From: an uncultured delta proteobacterium
GTDB lineage: Bacteria; Desulfobacterota; Binatia; UBA9968
Assembly (NCBI GenBank): GCA_963728565.1
Contig: CAVSLC010000025.1
Span: 32,001-96,000 of the forward strand
Length of the DNA stretch: 64,000 nucleotides
Direction: 5' to 3'
Positions 39,963 to 50,400 of the stretch are shown one piece after another (within the stretch, counting starts at the first letter, position 1; every line of letters begins with the position of its first letter). The notes below the pieces were generated by a model. That model was given only the letters and a program-made list of their open reading frames with translations. It was not told the origin of the DNA and did no database searches. The translations under genes and the position numbers were made by a program.

Positions 39963-40721
39963 TTATTCTTGCAGCAGCTGGGGAGCGTCGTTCTTTGCCT
40001 TGTAGAAAAGCGGAACTTCCTTAGCGCGATGGTATTCCTCCTCGCTGATGTGGCCCACCTTGGCGAGTCTTGCCAACACGAGGTTTCGCCTCTGAAGAGT
40101 GTTTTTTTCTTGAGTTGTTCGCGGGCTCGGCAGTAGCGCCACCAAAGTGGCGGCTTCCAAAGGATCCAAACTGGCGGCGGACTTGCCAAAATAGTGACGG
40201 GATCCTGCTTCGACGCCGTAGATATTGCGCCCCCATTCGACGATATTCAGATAAATCTCGAATATCCGAGTTTTAGAAAGAGTCTGCTCAAGCTGCCAAG
40301 CGATAATGATCTCCTTCATTTTCCGCAGCGGATTTTTTGCCGGATTCAAATACAAGTTCCTTGCTAGCTGCATCGTGATGGTGCTGCCGCCGCGTCTGAA
40401 ACTGAGCGTTTTTAGATCTGTTTTGAATGCTTCCTTGAGCTCGGCGAAGTCAACTCCGTTGTGACTGAAGAAAGAAGCGTCTTCACTGAGCAGAACAGCC
40501 TTCTTAAGATGATCTGAAATCTGTCCGTAGGGCACCCAGATTCGTTGACGTGACAGCCGTAACTTCTTTTCTCTGTTTTCCTGGTCGCGTAGTTCCATAA
40601 GCGCAGAGGTCTGAGGATTTCTGTTCTTCAACAGCGAAACGTTGGGCAAGGCAAGGTAAAAATAAACCAGGGACGCGACTATCGCCGAGATCAGGAGGCT
40701 TTTAACAAGGACTCTCTTCAT
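39963..40721 (-). CDS. mtgA: Monofunctional peptidoglycan transglycosylase
   Basis: EDASFFSHNGVD, GGSTITMQLARNLY, RKMKE, YLNIVEWG. Confidence 0.92.
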   Translation of the reverse strand: MKRVLVKSLLISAIVASLVYFYLALPNVSLLKNRNPQTSALMELRDQENREKKLRLSRQRIWVPYGQISDHLKKAVLLSEDASFFSHNGVDFAELKEAFKTDLKTLSFRRGGSTITMQLARNLYLNPAKNPLRKMKEIIIAWQLEQTLSKTRIFEIYLNIVEWGRNIYGVEAGSRHYFGKSAASLDPLEAATLVALLPSPRTTQEKNTLQRRNLVLARLAKVGHISEEEYHRAKEVPLFYKAKNDAPQLLQE

Positions 40722-41766
40722 AGCTTGCTAAAACTCGGGCCGCTTTGAGAGTCATGGATGATGCTGGATAACGGTTCAGCGCGGCCGGAGCTACCCAGCG
40801 CCAGTTGGAGGCGGGCAAGTCGATGGTGTAATTGCCAGCGAGATCGAATAGAAAAATCGGTGCGCGAATGCGGCGGTAAGTAATGCTATGACGGATTTCG
40901 CCAATGCCCAGAGGGACAACTGAAAGAGATCCGATTTCCCGCAGATGGCGCCGTAAAGTTATCAGGATCCCGTCGTTTCCTGGCTTCTCACCGCCTGGAA
41001 GCTCCCACATTCCGGCGAGCAAGCCTCTATTGGCGCGGCGCCGCAATAGGATTTTCCCACCACGGCGAACAATAGCTAGAGGCCAGGTGACGTTGGTCAA
41101 CTTCAGTTTTTCCCGGGACGCCGGCTTCTTGAAGGCTCCGCTTCCGCTGCGCACCCGGCAATGCGCGGCGAGCGGGCAAAGGAAACAGAGCGGTTCTGCG
41201 GGTAGACAGATGGTTGCGCCGAGTTCCATGATCGCCTGGTTCAAATCGCCCGGCTTCGACTTCGAAATGAGCTCTTCTGCCGCGGCGCGCAACTGTTTCG
41301 CCCCGGCCATATTGAACAAACGGGCCAATACGCGCCGCGCATTGCCGTCAATTGCCGGGTAGGATTTCTGGAAGGCGATGCTGAGAATGGCGCCCGCGGT
41401 GTAATCGCCGATTCCCGGCAGCGCGCGCAAACTCTCATAGTCTCTAGGCATAGTTCCGCCGTGCCGGCGCATCAGCTCCGATGCGGATTTTTTTAAATTC
41501 TCCGCGCGGCGATAGTATCCTAGCCCGGACCAGGCACGCAGGATTTGTCGAAGCGGGGCGCGATCCAATGCTGTGATGGTCGGAAACGCTTTGAGAAACG
41601 TTTCGTAATAAGGAAGAACGGTTTTGACCTGCGTCTGCTGCAGCATGGTTTCGGAAATCCAGATCGCGTACGGATCCGAGGTCCTGCGCCAGGGCAGATC
41701 TCTCCTGTTCTTTTCGTACCAACCGAGTAGTCTGCGGCGGATCAGGGGGAGATTGGTTGAAGGCAT
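40702..41766 (-). CDS. mutY: A/G-specific adenine glycosylase
   Basis: MLQQTQV, WSGLGYY, LPGIGDYTA, 4Fe-4S Cys cluster. Confidence 0.95.
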   Translation of the reverse strand: MPSTNLPLIRRRLLGWYEKNRRDLPWRRTSDPYAIWISETMLQQTQVKTVLPYYETFLKAFPTITALDRAPLRQILRAWSGLGYYRRAENLKKSASELMRRHGGTMPRDYESLRALPGIGDYTAGAILSIAFQKSYPAIDGNARRVLARLFNMAGAKQLRAAAEELISKSKPGDLNQAIMELGATICLPAEPLCFLCPLAAHCRVRSGSGAFKKPASREKLKLTNVTWPLAIVRRGGKILLRRRANRGLLAGMWELPGGEKPGNDGILITLRRHLREIGSLSVVPLGIGEIRHSITYRRIRAPIFLFDLAGNYTIDLPASNWRWVAPAALNRYPASSMTLKAARVLASYEESPC

Positions 41767-41834
41767 GAATGCGATTGTGAAAAAATTGGGATATAACGGG
41801 CACTCTAGACGAAATCGCCTTCGAAGGAAACTTA

Positions 41835-42710
41835 TTGATCTCCGTGTTGCCGATCTTCTTCGGGATTCTGACTTCGGTTTTCTTTGCCATCGCCAGCCTC
41901 TTGGCGCAGCGCGGCTATCACCTGGCTGCGGCGCCTTGGGGCGCCTGGATCACTATTGCCGGTAATACGATCTTTTTACTATCGGCGCATTTCTTACTTC
42001 GCCCCTTCGCGCCAATTTTCATTTTTGACAATTTAATTTTTGTCGCCGTGGGTTTGTTGGTGCCGGGCGTAACCCGTGTGCTGAGTTTCCGCGGCATTCG
42101 AACCATGGGCAGCTCGGTTACATCGACCATCATCAATACGACGCCGATGTTTTCCACGGTTCTGGCGATACTGCTTCTTGGCGAGAGGCCAGGTCCATGG
42201 GTGATCGCCGGCGTGTTCGTGACCGTTTGTGGCCTGGTCACCGTCTCGTGGACCGGAGCGACGAGCTCCTATCCTAAAATCGAGTTGATCTTTCCCTTTC
42301 TCTGCGCCCTGATCTTCGCATGGAAGGACGTCACGGTGCGTTGGGGCCTCGGCGACGGCGGCGGCGAGCCGATTCTGGCGGCGGGGATCGCCGCGCTCAC
42401 CTCGACTGTCGAAATTTTTCTAATCACGCGTTATCTTCATGGCGAAAAATTTTGTTGGCCGACGGCCAATGCCGCGCGTTGGTTTGTTTGGTCGGGGATT
42501 TTTACCGGCGGGTCTTTCCTATGTATGTATGTTGCCTTGAGCATGGAGCGGGTCACGATTATTGCTCCGCTGATTAATAGCTACGCGGTATTCGTGCTCA
42601 TTTTGACGCCTTTGATGGCGCGGCAGATAGAGACTGTGACCCGGCGCAAAGTTGCCGGCGCCGCCATGGTGGTGGCGGGAATCTTTATGGTGTCCTTGGG
42701 GAAAGACTAG
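41835..42710 (+). CDS. DMT/EamA family transporter
   Basis: About 10 TM in two repeats; LLLGER. Confidence 0.85.
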   Translation: MISVLPIFFGILTSVFFAIASLLAQRGYHLAAAPWGAWITIAGNTIFLLSAHFLLRPFAPIFIFDNLIFVAVGLLVPGVTRVLSFRGIRTMGSSVTSTIINTTPMFSTVLAILLLGERPGPWVIAGVFVTVCGLVTVSWTGATSSYPKIELIFPFLCALIFAWKDVTVRWGLGDGGGEPILAAGIAALTSTVEIFLITRYLHGEKFCWPTANAARWFVWSGIFTGGSFLCMYVALSMERVTIIAPLINSYAVFVLILTPLMARQIETVTRRKVAGAAMVVAGIFMVSLGKD

Positions 42711-42818
42711 CAGGCCGCCGAGAAAACCTCTGCAAAGATGAAGGATGAAAGCGGAAAGCTGAAATGACGCTTCCGGAACGGGTTTGTTTCAGATTTCATC
42801 CTTCATAATTCATCCTTT
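42708..42818. repeat. Heptamer-repeat hairpin element beginning TAGCAGGCCG
   Basis: GATGAAG/GATGAAA/GCTGAAA arm opposite TTTCAGA/TTTCATC/CTTCAT arm. Confidence 0.55.
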
Positions 42819-42910
42819 AGGGGGCGCCGTGGTTGGAGTTTCGCGCTCGCCTTTGTTATGACCTAAGGATTATTCTCGCTGGTTGACATTTTTTAGACGA
42901 AAGGTCCTCA

Positions 42911-44434
42911 ATGCGCTACGGATTTGTCATCGATCAGAACCGTTGCATCGGTTGTCATGCCTGCACGGTGGCATGCAAGGAAGAACACAATATTGCCGTC
43001 GGAGTGAACCGGACTTGGGTGAAGTACGTCGAAAAAGGGGTTTATCCAGAAACACGGCGCCACTTTGCCGTGCTTCGGTGCAACCACTGCGACGACGCGC
43101 CCTGCATCGAGATCTGCCCAACCGTGGCACTTTTTCGCCGACCCGACGGCATTGTCGACTTCGACCACGAGCGCTGCATTGGCTGTAAATCCTGCATGCA
43201 AGCCTGCCCCTACGACGCGCTTTATATCGATCCGGATCGTAACACGGCGGCTAAGTGTAACTTCGACGCATCCCGAGTCGAGATGGGCTATAAGCCTGCT
43301 TGCGAAGTGGTGTGTCCGACGCAAGCGATCCTGTCGGGAGATCTCGACGATCCCCAGAGCGATATCAGCCGGCGCATCGCCATGGACAAAGTCACGGTTC
43401 GCAAGCCGGAGAAAGGGACGAAACCAAAACTCTTCTACGCCGGCGTTGAGGGCGATTTGCTTACCCCGTCGATGATGGAACCTCAGTCGAGCCATTTCTG
43501 GGCCGAGAAGCAGCCTGGCGAAGACCTTTATGCATTGGGCAGTGGCAGAGCCGACAGGCCGATCCCGGGCGGCGCCCGCGAGGTCTACGATGTGCCGCAT
43601 ATGATTCCCTGGGGGAAAAAAATCGCGACCTACCTTTGGACCAAATCCATCGCCGCGGGTGTGCTGCTGCTCTCGACGTTGTTTTTGAACATGGGCTTCC
43701 AACATGACGAGTTGGTTCTGAACTTCTTCAGCCCGATCATTTCGTTGATTTTTCTTACAGCGACGATGTTACTGCTGGTCTTCGATCTCAAGAAACCGTC
43801 GCGATTTTTTTTCTTGCTGACTAAACCCAATTTGAACTCCTGGTTAACATTAGGCGGCTATGTCCTGATGATTTTCGGGGCTTTGGCAGCGTTATGGCTG
43901 GGGCAAAGAGTTCTTACCGGCACTGTCTCCAACGTCGTCACCTGGGCGGCGGCGCTATTTGCGATCGCCTCAGCGGGGTATTCGGCATTTCTCTTCGCTC
44001 AGGCTCGGGGAAGAGATTTCTGGCAAAGTCCGCTGCTGTTTTGGCATCTGCTGGCGCAGGCGATCATAGCCGGCGCGGCGATGCTTACTCTGGTGGGCGT
44101 TTTTACCGGAGTCACCGTGCCAATGTTTTACTGGCTGGCTAATTTGCTCGTGATCTCGCTGCTCGTCAGCGTCGGAATGATATTCGCCGAGCTGTTTTTG
44201 AAGCATGGCGCCGACGACGCAGTGCGAGCGGGCGAATTGTTGACCAAAGGAGCGCTGCGAAAATCATTTTGGATATTCGTTATCGGGCTCGGCACCATCC
44301 TGCCGGTGCTGTTGATCTTATTGCCCATAGGTTCGGTGTTCCCGAATGTGATCGCCGCAATTTTGGCGCTGTTTGGCTTGTGGATGTACGAGCATCTGTG
44401 GATCAAGGCGGGCCAGGCGCTACCCTTAAGCTAA
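42911..44434 (+). CDS. 4Fe-4S (NrfC/DmsB-like) fused to an NrfD-type membrane anchor
   Basis: Four Cys clusters, then about 8 TM with DLKKPSRF. Confidence 0.9.
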   Translation: MRYGFVIDQNRCIGCHACTVACKEEHNIAVGVNRTWVKYVEKGVYPETRRHFAVLRCNHCDDAPCIEICPTVALFRRPDGIVDFDHERCIGCKSCMQACPYDALYIDPDRNTAAKCNFDASRVEMGYKPACEVVCPTQAILSGDLDDPQSDISRRIAMDKVTVRKPEKGTKPKLFYAGVEGDLLTPSMMEPQSSHFWAEKQPGEDLYALGSGRADRPIPGGAREVYDVPHMIPWGKKIATYLWTKSIAAGVLLLSTLFLNMGFQHDELVLNFFSPIISLIFLTATMLLLVFDLKKPSRFFFLLTKPNLNSWLTLGGYVLMIFGALAALWLGQRVLTGTVSNVVTWAAALFAIASAGYSAFLFAQARGRDFWQSPLLFWHLLAQAIIAGAAMLTLVGVFTGVTVPMFYWLANLLVISLLVSVGMIFAELFLKHGADDAVRAGELLTKGALRKSFWIFVIGLGTILPVLLILLPIGSVFPNVIAAILALFGLWMYEHLWIKAGQALPLS

Positions 44435-44446
44435 GAAGGATTTCAA

Positions 44447-47281
44447 ATGAATGACACTCGTACCCCACTTCATCCGGCTGCAGCCAACCTCGAACGCGTG
44501 AGCGGGGAGCTGGCGAATTTTCCCGCTGTCGAGAAATGGGACGATTGGGTGGAATACGACACCGCCCAATGGCCAAGAAAAGTAGAGAAACACTGCCGGA
44601 TCATTCCGACCATCTGTTTCAATTGCGAGGCGGCTTGCGGTCTGGTCGCGATCGTCGACAAAGACAGCCATCGTATTCGACGCTTCGAAGGCAATCCTGA
44701 ACATCCCGGCAGCAGAGGACGCAACTGCGCCAAGGGTCCGGCAACTCTTAATCAAGTGACCGATCCGGAACGCATCAAGTATCCACTCAGGCGGGTTGGC
44801 AAACGAGGCGAAGGCAAATGGGAACGGGTCTCATGGGACGAAGTTCTCGATGATATTGCGACGCGCGTGCGCAAAGCGCTTCAAGAAGAGCGCCGCAACG
44901 AAATTATGTACCACGTCGGCAGACCGGGTCACGAATTGCTCTACCATCAGAGGATCTTACATTCGTGGGGCATCGACGGCCATAACAGCCACACCAACGT
45001 CTGCTCAGCCGGCGCTCGCGCCGGCTATGCCTTGTGGTCGGGCATCGACCGGCCGTCGCCGGATCACGCCAATGCTCGCTTCATGCTGTTGCTCAGCTCT
45101 CATCTGGAAACCGGACATTATTTCAATCCGCACGCTCAGCGCATTATTGAAGGCAAGGAGCGTGGCGCCAAGATCTGTGTGGTCGATACACGCCTATCCA
45201 ATACGGCGTCAAAAGCGGACTACTGGCTGTCATCGTGGCCGGGCAGCGAGGCGGCGATTCTTCTCGCGCTGTGCAATGTGCTCCTGCAGGAAGATCTCTT
45301 CGATCGTGACTTTGTCAGGAGGTGGGTCAACTGGGAGGAGTATTTGCGTCATGAACATCCCGACAAGCCCCAGACGTTCCTCTCCTTTGTCTCGGTCTTG
45401 AAGCAGCACTACGCCGCTTACACGCCGGAGTTTGCCGCCAAAGAAGCCGGTGTCGATCCCCAAGTTCTCGTCGAAGTGGCCCATGAAATCGCTCGGGCGG
45501 GCTCGGCGTTTTCGTCGCACGTGTGGCGCAATGCCGCCGCCGGGAACCTTGGCGGTTGGCAGGTGGCGCGCGCGCTCCAGTTTCTGGTGGTGCTCGTCGG
45601 GGCTGTGGGAACTCCGGGCGGCACGGCGCCAAATGCTAGCAATAAGTACATACCGGCGCCGCCGTTGATGCCGCCGCCGGCAAAAGTCTGGAACGAGCTG
45701 CTACTGCCGCCGGAGTATCCGCTGGCATTTTTCGAGATGAGTTTTCTTCTGCCCCACTTCATCAAAGAAGGTCGCGGCAAGCTGGCGATGTACTTCACCC
45801 GCGTCTACAATCCCGTGTGGACCAATCCCGACGGCATGAGCTGGATCGAAATGCTTACTGATGAAAGTAAAGTCGAACGTCATGCGTGTTTGACGCCAAC
45901 GTGGAGCGAGACCGCCTGGTTTGCCGATTACGTTCTGCCCATGGGCCATGCGTCCGAACGCCATGATTTGATGTCCCAGGAAACCCAGGCCGCGCGCTGG
46001 ATTGGCTTTCGCCAACCGGTGCTGAGAGTCGCTTTGGAGAAAGAAGGTAAAAAATTCGATTTTACCTATCAGGCGCACGCCGAAGCTGGTCTCGGTGAGG
46101 TTTGGGAAGAAGACGAATTTTGGATCGAACTCTCATGGCGGGTTGATCCCGACGGATCTCTCGGCATTCGAAAATATTTCGAGTCACCGTACGAGCCTGG
46201 CAAAAAGATGACGGTGGACGATTACTATCGTTGGATTTTCGAGAACAGCGTTCCCGGCCTTCCGGCGGCCGCCGAACAACAGGGATTGACGCCGCTGGAG
46301 TACATGCGTAGGTTCGGCGCCTTCTTGATCGAGGACGACGTTTACAATGTTCATGAGACCGGGCTCAAGCCGCAAGACATGGAGGGAGCCACCGTCGATC
46401 CGGCCACAAGCATCGTCGCCAAGAACGGCGTTGCTCTGGGCGTAGAAATCGATGGCAGAGCATGCGCCGGTTTCCCGACGCCATCGCGCAAATTGGAATT
46501 CTATTCAAAAACATTGAAAGATTGGAGCTGGCCGGAATACGCGATTCCGGGTTACATCAAAAGCCACGTTCACCCCGACAATATCGATTTCAATGCCGGT
46601 GAGATGTTGTTGTTGCCGACATTCCGTTTGCCGACCTTGATCCATACCCGTTCCGGTAACGCCAAATGGTTGTACGAAATTTCTCATCGCAACCCGATCT
46701 GGCTCAATTCCAAAGACGCGGAAGTTCTTGACGTGAAAACCGGTGATCTTCTTAAGATCAACACCGAAATTGGCTACTTTGTCGACAAAGTTTGGGTGAC
46801 GGAAGGGATCAAGCCCGGCGTGATCGCGTGTTCTCATCATCTCGGGCGCTGGCGATTGCAGGAAAATTCCGGCGGCGAACGCTGGTCCACCGCGTTGGTC
46901 GACTTACAACAAACAGAACCGGGCAAATGGTTGATGCGCCACGTTCACGGCGTGCAACCTTTCACAAGCGAGGATCCCGATTCGGAAAGAATTTTTTGGC
47001 AAGACGGCGGCGTGCATCAGAATCTGACGTTCCCGGTACAGCCGGACTTCATCAGCGGCCAGCACTGCTGGCATCAAAAGGTCCGCGTCACAAAACCTGG
47101 CGCCGGTGACAAGTACGGCGACGTTTTCGTTGACACCAACAAATCCCACGAAGTCTACAAAAAGTGGCTGCTGAAAACCCGCCCCGCACCGGGGCCGGAC
47201 AATCTGCGCCGCCCTTTGTGGTTGCCGCGGTCCTATAAACCAGCGCCGGAAGCCTATTATTTAAAAAAGGATGAAGGATGA
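44447..47281 (+). CDS. Molybdopterin oxidoreductase catalytic subunit (DMSO reductase superfamily)
   Basis: CFNCEAACG...CAKG, RIKYPLRR, SWDE, ADYVLP. Confidence 0.92.
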   Translation: MNDTRTPLHPAAANLERVSGELANFPAVEKWDDWVEYDTAQWPRKVEKHCRIIPTICFNCEAACGLVAIVDKDSHRIRRFEGNPEHPGSRGRNCAKGPATLNQVTDPERIKYPLRRVGKRGEGKWERVSWDEVLDDIATRVRKALQEERRNEIMYHVGRPGHELLYHQRILHSWGIDGHNSHTNVCSAGARAGYALWSGIDRPSPDHANARFMLLLSSHLETGHYFNPHAQRIIEGKERGAKICVVDTRLSNTASKADYWLSSWPGSEAAILLALCNVLLQEDLFDRDFVRRWVNWEEYLRHEHPDKPQTFLSFVSVLKQHYAAYTPEFAAKEAGVDPQVLVEVAHEIARAGSAFSSHVWRNAAAGNLGGWQVARALQFLVVLVGAVGTPGGTAPNASNKYIPAPPLMPPPAKVWNELLLPPEYPLAFFEMSFLLPHFIKEGRGKLAMYFTRVYNPVWTNPDGMSWIEMLTDESKVERHACLTPTWSETAWFADYVLPMGHASERHDLMSQETQAARWIGFRQPVLRVALEKEGKKFDFTYQAHAEAGLGEVWEEDEFWIELSWRVDPDGSLGIRKYFESPYEPGKKMTVDDYYRWIFENSVPGLPAAAEQQGLTPLEYMRRFGAFLIEDDVYNVHETGLKPQDMEGATVDPATSIVAKNGVALGVEIDGRACAGFPTPSRKLEFYSKTLKDWSWPEYAIPGYIKSHVHPDNIDFNAGEMLLLPTFRLPTLIHTRSGNAKWLYEISHRNPIWLNSKDAEVLDVKTGDLLKINTEIGYFVDKVWVTEGIKPGVIACSHHLGRWRLQENSGGERWSTALVDLQQTEPGKWLMRHVHGVQPFTSEDPDSERIFWQDGGVHQNLTFPVQPDFISGQHCWHQKVRVTKPGAGDKYGDVFVDTNKSHEVYKKWLLKTRPAPGPDNLRRPLWLPRSYKPAPEAYYLKKDEG

Positions 47282-47498
47282 ACACCGAAAAATTTCGCGA
47301 CAAAGCGGGCAAAGATCACAAAGTCCGGCTGTGTCGATGGACACAGTTTCGCGTTCGGCTTACACGATTTCACGCTCTTGGGTTAATTTTTTTCGGTGGG
47401 TAATCTTCGGTGGGTAATCTATTGAAGGTTGTACCATATTCATATATTTGTGAGCGCGCCTAAATCTCCGTTAAACGTGTCGAGAGGAAATAAGCAAA

Positions 47499-48587
47499 AT
47501 GAATGCGAACGTGGGTGCCATTGTGAGATTAAGCCTTCAGCGAATTCGTTGTGCTGGGGCATTAGCCGTGCTTCTTGTTGCTAGTATCGCGCCGCTGAAT
47601 GCGGAAGGTCAGGAAAAGGATTGGAATGCAGTGATCGCTGCAGCCAAAAAGGAAGGCAAAGTGGTTGTTTACGGAACGAGCTCGTTCCGGGAAATTCTCG
47701 ATAAAGCAAAACCTATTTTTGAAGAGCGCTATGGAATCAAAGTCGAAGCTCTCACGGGTCGCGCCAGAGAAGTAGGAGAGCGGGTACAAACAGAAGTCCG
47801 GACCAAAAGGCAGAACGCCGACCTGCTTCAGGCGGGGGCTGACATCACACTACCCAATGTGTTCCGTGCCGATGCTCTGGATCGATGGGTGCCGCCGTCC
47901 CTAAAGGTCGAGCATCCGGATATCTTGAAGATGATCGGCGCGCCCAGTTAGTTTACGCCACATTACGTGAACTTAAGATCGATACTGATAAATCGGAACC
48001 GTGTCTCCGCCAAAGACGAGCCAAAGTCTTGGAAGGATCTTGCTAATCCTAAATGGAAGGGCGCAATCCTGATGGACGATCCGCGCTCCGCCGGCGCAGG
48101 TCACGCGCTATTTGTCGGCACACTGCTTCAGCCGGAACTCGGGGAAGATTTCCACCGCAAGCTCGCTCAAAACAAGCCGGTGTTTCTCGGCGCCGGAACC
48201 TATCAACAGATCGCTTCGCGCGTCGCCCAAGGCGAATTTGCCATCGGCTTTCCGGTGGATGCCGAAGCTGTAGTGGAGTATGCGGGTTCTCCAGTGAAAT
48301 GGCTACCGCTGCCTGAAGGAGCCACGCACAGCATTATGGCCACTTCTTTGGTAAAGAATGCTCCCAGGCCAAACGCCGCAAAGTTGCTTCTGGAGTTCAC
48401 GCTCTCGGAAGAGTTTCAGCGCATTGCCGCCGCGCAGAATGTTACTCCCGCCAGGACAGGCGTGAAAGCGGCCCGCGAGGAATGGTCAATTGAAAAGGTC
48501 CGATTGCTCCCTTTCGCGGGCACCGACTCTCGAGAAGAACGAGACAAATTGTATCGCTTGTCCGAAGCCATTTACGGCGTCCGCTAA
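47499..48587 (+). CDS. ABC substrate-binding protein with in-frame TAG at 47949-47951
   Basis: Two same-frame ORFs; PKSWKDLANPKWKG, APRPNAAKL. Confidence 0.82.
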
Positions 48588-48653
48588 ATCGGCATTCTCA
48601 GGACCGTGTGATCAACAGAGTAGTTTTTTGAATTCTGTTGATGCCGGTACTTT

Positions 48654-50384
48654 TTGAAAAACTTCGTGATTCGCCTGAGAACCGTACTGGCTACCGGTCT
48701 ATTGATCTTGGTTGCCTGTCTAGTCTTGCCGCCTTTTCTGATGTTGTTCGTCGGTAGCATCTGGGGGGCGCCTCCAGGGATGCCCGGCCGGCTTTCGCTC
48801 TCGGCCTATATCGATGCGTTCAGTTCGCCGTACACCTATAAAGTCATTGCCAATAGTTTCTTCCTGTCGTTTGTGAAGACCACCCTGGCCACCATTTGGG
48901 GAGTTGTTCTCGCATGGCTGGTTACTCGGACCGATGTTCCATTGCGCCGCACTATGGAGGTGCTCATACCGGTTCAGTTCTTTATCCCGGCGATCTTCAA
49001 CGCTCTGGCTTATCTCATGCTGCTCAATCCCCATAGCGGCATCGTCAATCAACTGTTCATGGGCGCGTTCGGTTTGGAATCGGCGCCTTTCAACCTCTAT
49101 TCGTATACCGGGATGATTTTTGTTATGGCGCTAGGGTCCACGGCGTTCATCTTCCTCCTAACTTACGGAGCGTTTCGAGCGTTAGACCCGGCCCTCGAGG
49201 AAAGCGCGCGTACGTGCGGCGCAGGCACTTTGGAAACGCTCTTACGAGTGACGCTTCCGCTTGTCGCTCCGGCTATTGGCGGCGCTTTCATCTTGTCGTT
49301 CATTCAAGGCATCGAGGCGTTTGAGGTGCCTGTCTTAATCGGCACACCCGCAGGAATCTATGTGTTCACGAATGAAATCTACCGCGCCATAACCTTTTTT
49401 GAGCCGGCGCGGTACGGCGTCGCAACGGCTCTCGGAATAACTATTGTGTTACTGACGTTCGCCATGGTCTATGTGCAATGGCGCATTCAAGGCGATCGCC
49501 AGTACTTCACCATAACCGGAAAAGGCTACAATCCCAGGCTCGTGCGTCTAAAACACTGGAGATGGCCCGCTTTTATATTCGGAGCGCTGTATATCGTACT
49601 TGCGGTTGTTTTGCCTATCGGCCAACTTCTGCTTTCATCGCTCCAGTCGAACGTCGGCGTGCTCACGTTCGAGAGCTTCACGCTCAAACATTACTATCAA
49701 GCATTTCGAGATGACATGGTTTTGCGAGCGCTCTATAACACTCTCATACTCGCGGTCCTTGCGGCTGTAGGCGGCGTCACCTTGTCCGTGCTTATCGCCT
49801 ACGTGACGACTCGCCTGAATTTTTGGGGCAAACGATGGCTCGAACTGCTGAGCTGGCTACCGTGGACGCTTCCGGGGATCGTGCTGGCTACCGGTATGCT
49901 ATGGGCATATCTCACGATTCCCGGACTGTGGATCTTCTATGGGTCGCTTTGGATTCTATTCATCGCATATATCATCAAAGGGCTACCGCTCGGCGTCCGT
50001 GCCCTCAGTGGCACGATGGTGCAAGTTCACCAAGAACTTGAGGATTGCGCTCGGGTGCATGGCGCAAGTTGGCTGCGAACGCTTTGGTCTGTCGTACTGC
50101 GCTTGATCAGACCCGGAATGCTCTCCGGCGCAATCTTCTTTGTCTTCATCGCTATCCGTGATCTTAGTACGCCGATTCTGCTGTACGGATATGGCACCGA
50201 GGTGCTCAGCATCGTCTTGCTGCAATTTTGGGCGGAAAAACCGCCGCAGGTTGTCAGTGTGTTGGCGATTATCATGTTGGCTGTGTTAACGGGCTTTTCT
50301 GCTATTCAACGAGTTTTGTTGATCGAGAAAGAGCGCCCGGAGGCGATCGAGGGTAGAGTCCCTCCGGAAATCGGCCGGCTCTAA
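48654..50384 (+). CDS. ABC transporter permease (FbpB-like)
   Basis: Two EAA loops (LEESARTCGA, LEDCARVHGA). Confidence 0.92.
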   Translation: MKNFVIRLRTVLATGLLILVACLVLPPFLMLFVGSIWGAPPGMPGRLSLSAYIDAFSSPYTYKVIANSFFLSFVKTTLATIWGVVLAWLVTRTDVPLRRTMEVLIPVQFFIPAIFNALAYLMLLNPHSGIVNQLFMGAFGLESAPFNLYSYTGMIFVMALGSTAFIFLLTYGAFRALDPALEESARTCGAGTLETLLRVTLPLVAPAIGGAFILSFIQGIEAFEVPVLIGTPAGIYVFTNEIYRAITFFEPARYGVATALGITIVLLTFAMVYVQWRIQGDRQYFTITGKGYNPRLVRLKHWRWPAFIFGALYIVLAVVLPIGQLLLSSLQSNVGVLTFESFTLKHYYQAFRDDMVLRALYNTLILAVLAAVGGVTLSVLIAYVTTRLNFWGKRWLELLSWLPWTLPGIVLATGMLWAYLTIPGLWIFYGSLWILFIAYIIKGLPLGVRALSGTMVQVHQELEDCARVHGASWLRTLWSVVLRLIRPGMLSGAIFFVFIAIRDLSTPILLYGYGTEVLSIVLLQFWAEKPPQVVSVLAIIMLAVLTGFSAIQRVLLIEKERPEAIEGRVPPEIGRL

Positions 50385-50400
50385 AAAACTTTGTAAAGCT

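Noticed and set aside
47392-47421. Tandem TTCGGTGGGTAATCT duplication as a CRISPR or functional repeat
   Set aside because: Only two adjacent copies with no spacer; could be an assembly artefact
47949-47951. In-frame TAG as possible pyrrolysine or readthrough
   Set aside because: No pyl genes in the window, TAG is used as a normal stop elsewhere, and the error rate is high
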